The position numbers and the translations under genes were made by a program. Positions 45,619-54,343 of a DNA stretch of 64,000 nt are shown here, in pieces (position 1 is the first letter of the stretch; every line of letters begins with the position of its first letter). The stretch spans positions 22,856-86,855 of the forward strand of contig JAQGOG010000045.1 in the NCBI GenBank assembly GCA_028293765.1, given 5' to 3'. This DNA is from Gammaproteobacteria bacterium. Lineage in GTDB: Bacteria > Pseudomonadota > Gammaproteobacteria > Steroidobacterales > Steroidobacteraceae. The notes under the pieces were generated by a model that was given only the letters and a program-made list of their open reading frames with translations, did not search any database and was not told where the DNA came from.

Positions 45619-46284
45619 ATGAATCAGTGGACCCAAGTCGATCGATATTTCACCGAGCTGCTGGTGCGGCCCGACCCTGCGCTGGCCGCCGCGCTGGAGG
45701 CCAGCGATGCAGCGGGGCTGCCCCAGATCAGCGTCGCCGATAACCAGGGTAAATTCCTCATGCTCATGGCGCTGGCCCAGGGCGCGCGCAATATCCTGGA
45801 GATCGGCACGCTGGGGGGCTACAGCACGATCTGGCTCGCCCGCGCGCTGCCCGCTGACGGCAGGCTGGTTACCCTCGAAGCCATCCCAACACATGCCAGA
45901 GTAGCCCGTGAGAACATCGAGCGCGCAGGGCTCGGCAATCTGGTGGAAGTGCGGCTCGGTCGCGGCCTCGAAACCCTCCCACAACTCCTCGCTGAAGGCC
46001 GCGGGCCCTTCGACTTCATCTTCATCGACGCCGACAAGTCGGGCTATCCGGAATACTTCGAGTGGGCGCTGAAGCTGTCACGTCGTGGCACGGTGATCAT
46101 CGCCGACAACGTGGTACGCCGCGGTGCTGTGATTGACCCTGCAAACCGTGACGCGAACGTCATGGGGGTGAGGCGCTTCCTCGAGCTCGTTTCCAACGAG
46201 CCGCGCGTCACTGCAACCGCGGTGCAAACGGTTGGGAGCAAAGGATATGACGGATTTGCGATGGTAGTAGTCACTAGCGACTAA
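45619..46284 (+). CDS. Class I SAM-dependent O-methyltransferase (caffeoyl-CoA OMT-like, family 3)
   Basis: 221 aa from ATG 45619. ILEIGTLGGYSTIWLA and FDFIFIDADK are OMT family 3 motifs. Confidence 0.85.
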   Translation: MNQWTQVDRYFTELLVRPDPALAAALEASDAAGLPQISVADNQGKFLMLMALAQGARNILEIGTLGGYSTIWLARALPADGRLVTLEAIPTHARVARENIERAGLGNLVEVRLGRGLETLPQLLAEGRGPFDFIFIDADKSGYPEYFEWALKLSRRGTVIIADNVVRRGAVIDPANRDANVMGVRRFLELVSNEPRVTATAVQTVGSKGYDGFAMVVVTSD

Positions 46285-46314
46285 CGCGGGGCGCGGCCCC
46301 GATCGAATGTGAGT

Positions 46315-48336
46315 TTAGCCGCTCTGCTCGATCACGATCTCTGATCGGAAGCTCGCAGCGCCCCGGATCTCGCCCGTGAACACGGCGGTTGTGGTCGGTA
46401 GCTTTGCATCAAAGCCATTCGACACCCAGCCCAGCGGTGGTTTCTCGTTGCCAACGGCGAGCCGCGTAGTGAGTCCGTCGGGACAAGTCAGCGTTACGCG
46501 GACAGCGGCCCTCTGGGCGATCACCTGGCTCCCCCTTTGAACGACTTCGCACTCCGAAGCAAAGTGCCAATAGATCGCGACCTCATGCGCCCCTGCGCAC
46601 AGCAACTCATCCGTAATCGTCAATCGGGAGCTTCCGGTCCCGTAGCTCCACGTGCGACGATGACGAACTGGATCCGACAGTCGGCGATAGCCTTCGTGGT
46701 GTGCCGTGAGCACCTGCGTATCTGCCGAGAGGTCGAAGGCGTCCACGATCGTCTTCGTGTGTTCGAGCCATAGAAAGCTGCCGCCGTACTCCGACTGGTC
46801 CTTCCCGTCGACCACGACTGTGTTATGCGCGGAAGTGCCACGGAAATAGTGCCGCCAAGGCATCGCGCTGTAGGAGAACGTGCCCGGATCCACAAGGATC
46901 GGCTCGCCCGCCACGCTCAGCGTAAAAGCCAACGCATCGGCGTGCCCGTGTGCGGCGATCGCCAGGTAGCCGAGCGGGCCAGCGTCGGCGACAACGCGCA
47001 CCTCGCGAGACGTCTCCAAGGCGTCTCCCAAAACGAAATAGCCACCGTCGGAAAATGCCCGGCGAGGCGGCAATAGCGCCCTGGAGCCGTCGAGCGCATC
47101 GAAACTCGCCGCGGCCTCGTCACCGAGCAGCCAACGACTCTTTTCGTCAAACGAGCGCGCCTTGACGCGAAACTCCGGCCGCGCGAAAAGCACCGCCCCC
47201 GTCGCAAGCAACGACCGAAACACATCCGTGCCTCCCGCCGGCAACACTCGCGGCTCACCCTCGGGCACGAAGCGTACGAGTACGCCCTCGTCAGCATCGC
47301 CGATAGCAGGCACATTGCCGTTCACGTCCATGATGCTCGCGATGAACTCGAGCATCGCCTCGAGCCGCCGCCAGTATTCACCGCTGAAGTCGCACGCATT
47401 CGCCCGCGCGACGAGCCCGGCCACCAGCATCATGTCGGCCACGGCGTGGTGATACCAAATTGCCTGCTCCTTGTTGACGCCGTCCTCGTATGTTTGCGCG
47501 AGCCCTTCGCGCGCTAACTCCGCTCGCGCTCGCCGTCCCCAACCTTCGCTTTCTCGCCAGAGAGGCCACGTCATCGCCCCAACGAACAGCCCCGTGGCCT
47601 CACCGAAGAGGTGATTGTTGGCCGACGAGTGACGCGACCAGTGCCGGTCTATGAAGTGGCAGTGCTGATAGATGCAGGTGAGCCAGCGGAGCCGGAAAGC
47701 CTGGCCCGCCGCTCCTGTGAAGAGGACCGACTCGGAGGACCCGAGCAGCCACCAGGCGAACGACCAGTTCACGAGCCGGAGCGCGTGCTCGAGGCTGACG
47801 CACCAGTTCACACCCATCGGGTAGGGACACTGGCGGAACCACGAATCGAGCAGCACCCTGCACCCGAAGGCATAACGCTCGTCGCCGGTCAGATGCCATG
47901 CCTGGGCGAGCGTAACGAGTTCGAGGTGGCGGTTGGGCTCCCACAGGTACTTGACGTCGCCGACCAGAGCCGCATCCCGATAGTTGAGATCTTTGCCGAA
48001 CACCAGCGGAGCCTCGATTCCGGTCCGCGGATCAGCATTCCAGCGCGGTGGGAATCCCAGCTGCGCGTCATGTAACGCGAATATGGAGAAAAAACCGTCG
48101 AGGATCCGATCCGCCGCGCGCGTATAGCGCTCGGCCGCGAAATCGCGCGGCAACCGAGCCAGCCACGGCTTCCCACACTGGCCGACCGGCGGCGCGGGCC
48201 GTGCCAGGCCGATGCCCGCGCGCTCCACCGTGCCCTGGATTTTTCGATTCAGACGAAAGCCCATTTCCAGCGGGCTCATGGCCTTCAGCCGGCTCAGAGT
48301 CCAGTGCAGGCGGGCATAGCGGCTCGAGGTGACCAT
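46315..48336 (-). CDS. Heparinase II/III-like family protein (alpha/alpha-toroid plus beta-sandwich polysaccharide lyase/epimerase fold)
   Basis: 673 aa. The central region ANNHLFGEATGL and C-terminal HGHADALAF...HNTVVVDG match the heparinase II/III-like family pattern. The N-terminus MVTSSRYARLHWTLSRLK has no hydrophobic signal sequence. Confidence 0.75.
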   Translation of the reverse strand: MVTSSRYARLHWTLSRLKAMSPLEMGFRLNRKIQGTVERAGIGLARPAPPVGQCGKPWLARLPRDFAAERYTRAADRILDGFFSIFALHDAQLGFPPRWNADPRTGIEAPLVFGKDLNYRDAALVGDVKYLWEPNRHLELVTLAQAWHLTGDERYAFGCRVLLDSWFRQCPYPMGVNWCVSLEHALRLVNWSFAWWLLGSSESVLFTGAAGQAFRLRWLTCIYQHCHFIDRHWSRHSSANNHLFGEATGLFVGAMTWPLWRESEGWGRRARAELAREGLAQTYEDGVNKEQAIWYHHAVADMMLVAGLVARANACDFSGEYWRRLEAMLEFIASIMDVNGNVPAIGDADEGVLVRFVPEGEPRVLPAGGTDVFRSLLATGAVLFARPEFRVKARSFDEKSRWLLGDEAAASFDALDGSRALLPPRRAFSDGGYFVLGDALETSREVRVVADAGPLGYLAIAAHGHADALAFTLSVAGEPILVDPGTFSYSAMPWRHYFRGTSAHNTVVVDGKDQSEYGGSFLWLEHTKTIVDAFDLSADTQVLTAHHEGYRRLSDPVRHRRTWSYGTGSSRLTITDELLCAGAHEVAIYWHFASECEVVQRGSQVIAQRAAVRVTLTCPDGLTTRLAVGNEKPPLGWVSNGFDAKLPTTTAVFTGEIRGAASFRSEIVIEQSG

Positions 48337-48756
48337 CTACGAGCGCGGGCGCGAGCGCGAGCGCGCATCCGCGGCGCTACCGCCGAACGTCCAGAGGCTG
48401 TTCCCGAGGAAATTCCACAGCAACACCACACCCGTGGCACACACCTGCGCCAGCATGTAATACCAACCCGCCCAGACCAGCACCTGCATCAGCACCGAGT
48501 TGACGATCAGTCCCATCCCCGCCAGAGTCACGAATTTGGCAACCGCCGGCCCATGCCGCCGCTGACTGCGGAACGTGAAGTAATAATTCAAAAGGTAGTT
48601 GGCGCTGGCGCTCACGGTAAAGCCGATCGCGGAGGCCACTGTCGGCCCATATCCCGCACCGTGCACCAGCGCGACGAGAATCACATACTGGATCCCCGTC
48701 GCCACGACCCCCACGGCCCCGAAGCGGACCAACCGCCTTAATACCCCGTCATCCAT
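48337..48756 (-). CDS. GtrA-family membrane protein (polyprenyl-phosphate-sugar translocation)
   Basis: 139 aa with 4 TM helices. RFGAVGVVATGIQYVIL... is the typical GtrA pattern. Its stop abuts the heparinase-like start, and its start abuts the upstream GT2 stop. Confidence 0.85.
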   Translation of the reverse strand: MDDGVLRRLVRFGAVGVVATGIQYVILVALVHGAGYGPTVASAIGFTVSASANYLLNYYFTFRSQRRHGPAVAKFVTLAGMGLIVNSVLMQVLVWAGWYYMLAQVCATGVVLLWNFLGNSLWTFGGSAADARSRSRPRS

Positions 48757-49710
48757 TCACACGTGCTTTTCAATGATGTATCGCGGCCGCGCCTTCGTCT
48801 CCTGGTACACCTTGCCCAGATACTCCCCGATGACGCCGATGCACAAAATCTGAATGCCTCCGAGCAGGTAAATGGGCAGCAACGTAGAGGTCCAGCCGGG
48901 AACGGCCCGGTCGGTGAACAGGCGCACCCACAACGTCCACATGCCCATCGCCGCGCTCAACAGAAACACGGCGAAGCCGATGCCCGTAATGAACCGCAGC
49001 GGTGCAACCGAAAAGGACGTTACCGCATCCAGCGCCAGCGCAATCATCTTTCGCATCGGGTACTTCGATACGCCCGCGAACCGTTCCGAGCGCGTGTAGT
49101 AGACGATCGCCGATTTGAACCCGATCAACGGCACCATGCCGCGCAAGAACAGGTTCACCTCACGAAAGCTCTTGAGGGCCTCGACGGCCCGCCGGCTCAT
49201 GAGCCGGAAGTCGGCGTGGTTGTAGATCGACTCCGCCCCGAGGGCCCGGATCAAACGGTAAAAACCCTGCGCCGTGGCTCGCTTGAAAAAGCCATCACTG
49301 GTACGGTCGTTCCGCACGCCGTACACCACCTGCGCGCCCCGCGCATACGCCTCCAACATCTCCGGGATAACCCGGATGTCGTCCTGAAGATCGGCATCGA
49401 CGCTGAGGAGCACATCCGCCTCGCACGTATACAGCCCCGCCAGCAGGGCATTCTGATGGCCTCGATTGCGCGACAACTTGATGCCCCCGACGCGCGGGTC
49501 GCCGCTCGCCAGCCTCTCGATCATCTCCCAGGTGCGATCGCGGCTACCGTCGTCGACGAACACGACCTGGCTGTCCGGCGCGATGAGGCCATTCGCCGTC
49601 ATACCCTGCACTAAAGCCGTCAGGCGCTGTGCCGTCTCCGGCAGCACCTCCTCTTCGTTGAAGCACGGCACTACGATTGCCAGCCGCGAAAGGGCTTTCT
49701 CATGGGTCAT
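48757..49710 (-). CDS. GT2 polyprenyl-phosphate glycosyltransferase (GtrB/ArnC/DPM1-like) with two C-terminal TM helices
   Basis: 317 aa from ATG 49710, with GGGAG upstream. AIVVPCFNEEE, FVDDGSRD, DADLQDD, and a C-terminal membrane anchor. Confidence 0.85.
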   Translation of the reverse strand: MTHEKALSRLAIVVPCFNEEEVLPETAQRLTALVQGMTANGLIAPDSQVVFVDDGSRDRTWEMIERLASGDPRVGGIKLSRNRGHQNALLAGLYTCEADVLLSVDADLQDDIRVIPEMLEAYARGAQVVYGVRNDRTSDGFFKRATAQGFYRLIRALGAESIYNHADFRLMSRRAVEALKSFREVNLFLRGMVPLIGFKSAIVYYTRSERFAGVSKYPMRKMIALALDAVTSFSVAPLRFITGIGFAVFLLSAAMGMWTLWVRLFTDRAVPGWTSTLLPIYLLGGIQILCIGVIGEYLGKVYQETKARPRYIIEKHV

Positions 49711-49736
49711 CGCCACGGTCACTCCCTCGCTGCAAT

Positions 49737-51386
49737 TCAACCGGAAGCCGCTGCAGGGGTGCAACGCCCCTGCGCCGTGCTGTCGAGGCAATAACGCCGC
49801 TCCGCAGGCACCCGCGTTCGGTCGGAAGGGTTGCGCCTGAATTCCTGGAAGTAGATCGGCCAGCCCGCGTCGCGCCCCGCGTCCAGGAATTCCCGCATGA
49901 TGTCCCGGTGCCACGCGGCCGCCTTCTCGACGAAGTCGACCGAACAACGCCGGCCGCGTGCCTGGAAGACCCGCGTATTACCTGCTTCAACGGTGTTGAA
50001 GCGCATCGATCGGTCCAACTCCACGAGCGACAGCATCATGTAGTGCGGCTCTTCCGCGAAGACGAGGACGTTGCCCGTGCACGTGCGCGCGAATGCACGG
50101 CCCTCATTCCGCACCCGCATGAAGAATTCCTGCTTTGCCTCATGGTCAAGGGGGAAGGCCCCCATCGGAATGGAGGTCGTCGCCCGCCGGGCGGTGAGCA
50201 GCGGAAACGTCCATTCATAATGCCGCTCGAGTGTCCCATGCGACAGTTCGGCGATGACCTGATTGCCAAGGGCCAGGAGCGCGGCGATCGCAATGACCCA
50301 CTGCGGGCGGGCGGAGCGGATCAGTATGAGCACGATGCTCAGCACAGCGGCCAGCGTCACCAAGACCAGGTGACGCCCCGGCGTGGAGTTAGGCAGCCAG
50401 AACACCAGGGAAGGCAGAGCCAACGCCAGTGCCGCCAGCACATTTACACTGGGGAGGCGGCGCGCCGCCGGCGAAAACACGAGTCCCGCGAGGGTCAGCA
50501 TGCTGGCCACCCCCGTCGAGAGGACGAGAACGATGAGGCCCCGCGGGACCGTATCGAGCTTATAGAACGTGGCGAAGAAATTGGCGACGAAGCCCGCGTT
50601 ACCGCCCGCGTCCTGATAAGCATGCGCCTGAAGTACGAGAAAGACCGCGAATGCCGGAATGAGCACCGCAAGCCGCTGCCCTACGGCCCGTAACCAGGCG
50701 CGCAGCGAGACGAGCTCCTGCTCGCCGGCGACGATCGTCATGAACGGAAAGGCCAGCACGAAATCGCCGCGCATGGTGAGCGCCACCACGAGGGCCACAA
50801 AGGCGGCAAGCGCCGCTGCACCTCTCGAAAAACCGCGCAGACGCGTGTCGGTGACAAAACTTAACAGCCAGGCGCCGACCAGCACGAGAGCCATGCCGGG
50901 CAGCTGCGGGTGGCCGCTCGTGCCGAGGTCGAGGAAGACCGGACTGAAGGCAAACAGAATGCAGATTGCAACTGCCGCCAACACTCCAAACAGCCGCGCC
51001 ATGTATAACCCCAGCGCGCCGACCGTGACGACAGCGGAGGCATACCCGATGAAGTTGAGCGCCGCGATGAGCGCCGCTGAGCTCAGCAGCACCGCTTGCG
51101 GCAGGAGGTGGTAGAGCGCCGCGTAGTACCCAAAACTGACCGCCAGGCCATAGTGATAGCCGGCCGCCTCGTGCAATCCCGAGGACGCGCCGTAGACCAC
51201 GGCCAGGGCCATTCGCTCGAGATCGGGCTCCCCCACCACGTCGTGAAACACGAACGGAAACACCAGCAGCGCATAGAGGACGACCGGTATGGCGAGCAGC
51301 CACTTCCCCGCGCGGAAGTCCGGCACGGCGACTGGGCGATCCAGCGCGGTATTCATCTCACCGGCAACCTCTCGACCTCGATCCAT
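49737..51386 (-). CDS. Polytopic membrane protein, GT-C-like (candidate periplasmic-face glycosyltransferase), with a C-terminal soluble domain of unknown type
   Basis: 549 aa. About 11-13 hydrophobic helices span the first ~390 aa. An acidic first loop reads FHDVVGEPDLERM. The last ~150 aa are hydrophilic (HEAKQEFFMRVRNEGRAF...). I recognise no family with certainty. Confidence 0.55.
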   Translation of the reverse strand: MDRGREVAGEMNTALDRPVAVPDFRAGKWLLAIPVVLYALLVFPFVFHDVVGEPDLERMALAVVYGASSGLHEAAGYHYGLAVSFGYYAALYHLLPQAVLLSSAALIAALNFIGYASAVVTVGALGLYMARLFGVLAAVAICILFAFSPVFLDLGTSGHPQLPGMALVLVGAWLLSFVTDTRLRGFSRGAAALAAFVALVVALTMRGDFVLAFPFMTIVAGEQELVSLRAWLRAVGQRLAVLIPAFAVFLVLQAHAYQDAGGNAGFVANFFATFYKLDTVPRGLIVLVLSTGVASMLTLAGLVFSPAARRLPSVNVLAALALALPSLVFWLPNSTPGRHLVLVTLAAVLSIVLILIRSARPQWVIAIAALLALGNQVIAELSHGTLERHYEWTFPLLTARRATTSIPMGAFPLDHEAKQEFFMRVRNEGRAFARTCTGNVLVFAEEPHYMMLSLVELDRSMRFNTVEAGNTRVFQARGRRCSVDFVEKAAAWHRDIMREFLDAGRDAGWPIYFQEFRRNPSDRTRVPAERRYCLDSTAQGRCTPAAASG

Positions 51387-51391
51387 GAGGG

Positions 51392-52525
51392 TCAGATGGC
51401 GTGCGAGTGTGTCGCGTCATCCTTTTCGACGCGCACCCGGGCAGCGTTATTGTCAGGAACGGCCGCTTCCGGATAGCGGATCACCTCGTCGATCTGGTAA
51501 TCCTTGATGTCGCGGGCATGCGTGAAAATGATCAGCTCGCCCAGCAGGCCGAGCGCGAAGAGCTGCATTCCCAGCACCACGAGCAGCGAAGACAGAAGCA
51601 GAGCCGGACGATCGGCGAGCGGATGCATGAAGACGAGCCGGTCGATAGCCAGCCACGCTACCAGCAGTGCGCCGATCACGAACGTCGATGCACCCAACAT
51701 GCCGAAGAACCGCAAGGGCTTCTTGGTGAAGCGCACGAGGAAGAATACCGTGAAGATATCCAGTACCCGGTGCGCGTACTCCCGGGTCGGGTAGCCTCCG
51801 TCGTAGCGGTCGAGCGGCGACTGCCCGACATCGACCTCGCTGACGCGGAATCCCTGCCGGTTGGCGAGCACCGGCAGGAAGCGGTGCTGATCGCCGTACA
51901 ACGAGATTTCCTCGAGGACGCGCCGCTTCATCGCGCGGGCTCCGCAGCCGAGATCGTTGAAGCGCTGTCCGGTCACCGTGGCAATGAAACGGTGGAACAC
52001 GTTTCGGCGCATCACTTCGAAGCGGCTTCCGACCCGAGGCCAGCGGCGCCCGATAGCGAGATCCGCCTTATCGAGAGCCCTCACGAGCTTCCCGATCTCC
52101 ACACCCTGGATCTGATGGTAGGCCGGCGCGGTGACGATCACCCTGCCGGAGGCGCGCTGGAATCCCGCCATCAGCGCCGTCGCTTCGCCGAAGCGCTTGG
52201 TGAGACTGATGACGACGAGGTTCTCGCCCTTCTCCAGCAGCCGCTGCAGGCTCGGCGCGATTTCCGGCTTCGGACCGTCGAGCACCACGATGAACTCATA
52301 CTGCACATCGAGGGACGCCAGTCCCGCTTTGTATTCCGCGTAGAGAGCCGCGATGTCCGTCGCATGGCGCTTGCCGACCGGCATGATGACCGAAAGAGCA
52401 AGACGGGTTGACTCTGAGGCCGGCGCTCCGGCTGCCGACTCGTGGGCCGCTTCATCGGCCGGCGATCCGGCGGCCGGCGCTCCGGCGGCCGGCATACCGG
52501 TGGCCGTGCCGTTGGCATTCGTCAT
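51392..52525 (-). CDS. Glycosyltransferase family 2 with Ala/Gly/Pro-rich N-terminal tail and C-terminal TM helices
   Basis: 377 aa. SVIMPVGKRH..., VVLDGPKP and a C-terminal membrane segment. The N-terminus MTNANGTATGMPAAGAPAAGSPADE is low-complexity. Confidence 0.8.
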   Translation of the reverse strand: MTNANGTATGMPAAGAPAAGSPADEAAHESAAGAPASESTRLALSVIMPVGKRHATDIAALYAEYKAGLASLDVQYEFIVVLDGPKPEIAPSLQRLLEKGENLVVISLTKRFGEATALMAGFQRASGRVIVTAPAYHQIQGVEIGKLVRALDKADLAIGRRWPRVGSRFEVMRRNVFHRFIATVTGQRFNDLGCGARAMKRRVLEEISLYGDQHRFLPVLANRQGFRVSEVDVGQSPLDRYDGGYPTREYAHRVLDIFTVFFLVRFTKKPLRFFGMLGASTFVIGALLVAWLAIDRLVFMHPLADRPALLLSSLLVVLGMQLFALGLLGELIIFTHARDIKDYQIDEVIRYPEAAVPDNNAARVRVEKDDATHSHAI

Positions 52526-52535
52526 AGATCAAAGC

Positions 52536-53492
52536 TCACTGAATGATGAGGGACCGGACGCGGATCTGCTGCGTGAGGCCCGAGAACTCGTGCTCGCGCA
52601 TGTCGCCGAGCTTGTAGACGAGTTCCCCGATCGCCCCGCTCCCCATGAGGATGATCGCCGAGCTGAGGAAGATCACCCCGCTTCCGGCGATAGGCAGTGA
52701 CAGTGTCCCCTCCGAGATGAACGTCACGAGCGTCCACGCGAACGCAATCGCCGCCAGGATGAGCATAGGTATCGACAACATCCCGAACCACAACACAGGT
52801 CGTGCCGTGAAGGATGCAACGGTCTTGATGACCATGAGGTCCAGGAGGACCTTATAAATTCGCGACAGCCCGTACTTGGACTGGCCGAACTGACGCGCGT
52901 GATGCTGGACCTTGATCTCCGCGATTTTAGGTCCGGCGATCGAAGCCATTGCGGGGATGAACCGGTGCATCTCGGAATACAGCGGAATCTTCTTGATGAG
53001 ACTCGCCCGGTAGGCCTTGAGCGAGCAGCCGTTGTCTTTGATCGGCACCCCCGTCACTCTGGCGATGAGCCGGTTCGCAATGCGCGAGGGAATCTTGCGC
53101 GACACCAGCTTGTCCTGCCGCTCGAAGCGCCAGCCGACCACGATGTCGTATCCCTCATCGATCTTCCGCAGGAGGTTCCCGATATCCCGCGGATCGTTCT
53201 GCAGGTCGCCATCCATGGTCACGATGACTTCGCCCGCAGCCTGCGCGATGCCCGCCGCCATGGCAGGCGTCTGGCCGTAGTTGCGCCGGAACTTTACGAG
53301 GCACACGCGGGGATCTCCGCGGGCGATCTCGTCCGCAAGACGCACCGTACCATCGCTGCTTCCATCATCGACGAACACGATCTCGAATGAGATCCCGAGC
53401 GGAGCGACGGCGTTCGTGATCGCAGCGTACAGCGGTCGGAGGCTGTCCTCCTCGTTATATAGCGGTACGACTATGGAAAGCTCGGGGGCCAT
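52536..53492 (-). CDS. GT2 polyprenyl-phosphate glycosyltransferase (DPM1/ArnC-like)
   Basis: MAPELSIVVPLYNEED, FVDDGSSDGT, MDGDLQNDP, and C-terminal TM helices. ATG 53492 lies 2 nt after the upstream stop. TTG 53498 is an alternative start that would overlap that stop. Confidence 0.85.
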   Translation of the reverse strand: MAPELSIVVPLYNEEDSLRPLYAAITNAVAPLGISFEIVFVDDGSSDGTVRLADEIARGDPRVCLVKFRRNYGQTPAMAAGIAQAAGEVIVTMDGDLQNDPRDIGNLLRKIDEGYDIVVGWRFERQDKLVSRKIPSRIANRLIARVTGVPIKDNGCSLKAYRASLIKKIPLYSEMHRFIPAMASIAGPKIAEIKVQHHARQFGQSKYGLSRIYKVLLDLMVIKTVASFTARPVLWFGMLSIPMLILAAIAFAWTLVTFISEGTLSLPIAGSGVIFLSSAIILMGSGAIGELVYKLGDMREHEFSGLTQQIRVRSLIIQ

Positions 53493-53494
53493 GT

Positions 53495-54319
53495 TCAATA
53501 GTAAGGACTGTCGTTGCGCTCCGTGGAGCGGTTGAGGACCACACCCATGAGGTTGACTTCCGCCAACACCTCTTTCGCGTTCGCAAGGGTGCGACGGGCG
53601 GTCTGCCCCTGGGAGACGACGAGCAGGAAGGTATCCACGCGCGGTGCGAACGCCAGCACGTCGTCGGTAACCATGACAGGCGGCATGTCGAACACGACGA
53701 TTCTTCTCGGAATCTGCGCGTCCAGCGCGTTGACGAACTCAGCCATGCGCGGCGAGCCCAGCAACTCGGAAGAGTTCTCCACCGACGAGGCGTTCGGCAC
53801 GACGGCAAGCCGCTTGACGCCGATGTCGTAGATGATCTGCTCCAGCGGCACCTGGCCCGTCAGATAGTCCGTCAGCCCATATTCGTAGGTCATGCCGAGA
53901 TACGCGCCCACCTGCGGCCGCTGCAGGTCGAGGTCCACGAGAAATACGGACGTGTTGACGTCCTGGGCAAGCGCGAGCGCCAGGTTGATCGCGGTAAGAC
54001 TCTTGCCCTCTCCAGCAGCCGTGCCGGTGATCCCGAGCGTGAACCAGTTGTTCGCCGCCAGACGATGCAGGACCCGCGTGCGCAGAATCTTGTACGCCCG
54101 GGAGATACCGACATCCGGAACGCGCAGCAGGATGCGGTTCTTCTCCATCACCTCCGGATCCACGGGCGCCGCCCGATACTGGTTCGGCGTGAAGCCTTCC
54201 GGCACCGGTGGCGCAGTGGCGAGCGGCCGCCCAACGCGCTGGGTGGAGAGCAGATTCCCCGGCATCGCGGCCGTGCGCTCGTGCGCCGAACGGCGCATGA
54301 CTTCCTCGATTAAACTCAT
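53495..54319 (-). CDS. BY-kinase-like P-loop ATPase (exopolysaccharide tyrosine autokinase, separate-subunit type)
   Basis: 274 aa. Walker A GTAAGEGKS. Walker A'/B VFLVDLDLQRP and IVVFDMPP. The C-terminus ...NDSPYY has only two Tyr. Confidence 0.8.
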   Translation of the reverse strand: MSLIEEVMRRSAHERTAAMPGNLLSTQRVGRPLATAPPVPEGFTPNQYRAAPVDPEVMEKNRILLRVPDVGISRAYKILRTRVLHRLAANNWFTLGITGTAAGEGKSLTAINLALALAQDVNTSVFLVDLDLQRPQVGAYLGMTYEYGLTDYLTGQVPLEQIIYDIGVKRLAVVPNASSVENSSELLGSPRMAEFVNALDAQIPRRIVVFDMPPVMVTDDVLAFAPRVDTFLLVVSQGQTARRTLANAKEVLAEVNLMGVVLNRSTERNDSPYY

Positions 54320-54343
54320 GTGAGTCGCTTCCTCGTCGCGTGA

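Noticed and set aside
52452-52493. Short GC-rich direct repeats checked as possible CRISPR or REP arrays.
   Set aside because: There are only two to three copies, all in frame inside a coding region, with no spacer structure. No repeat-spacer array was seen anywhere in the window.
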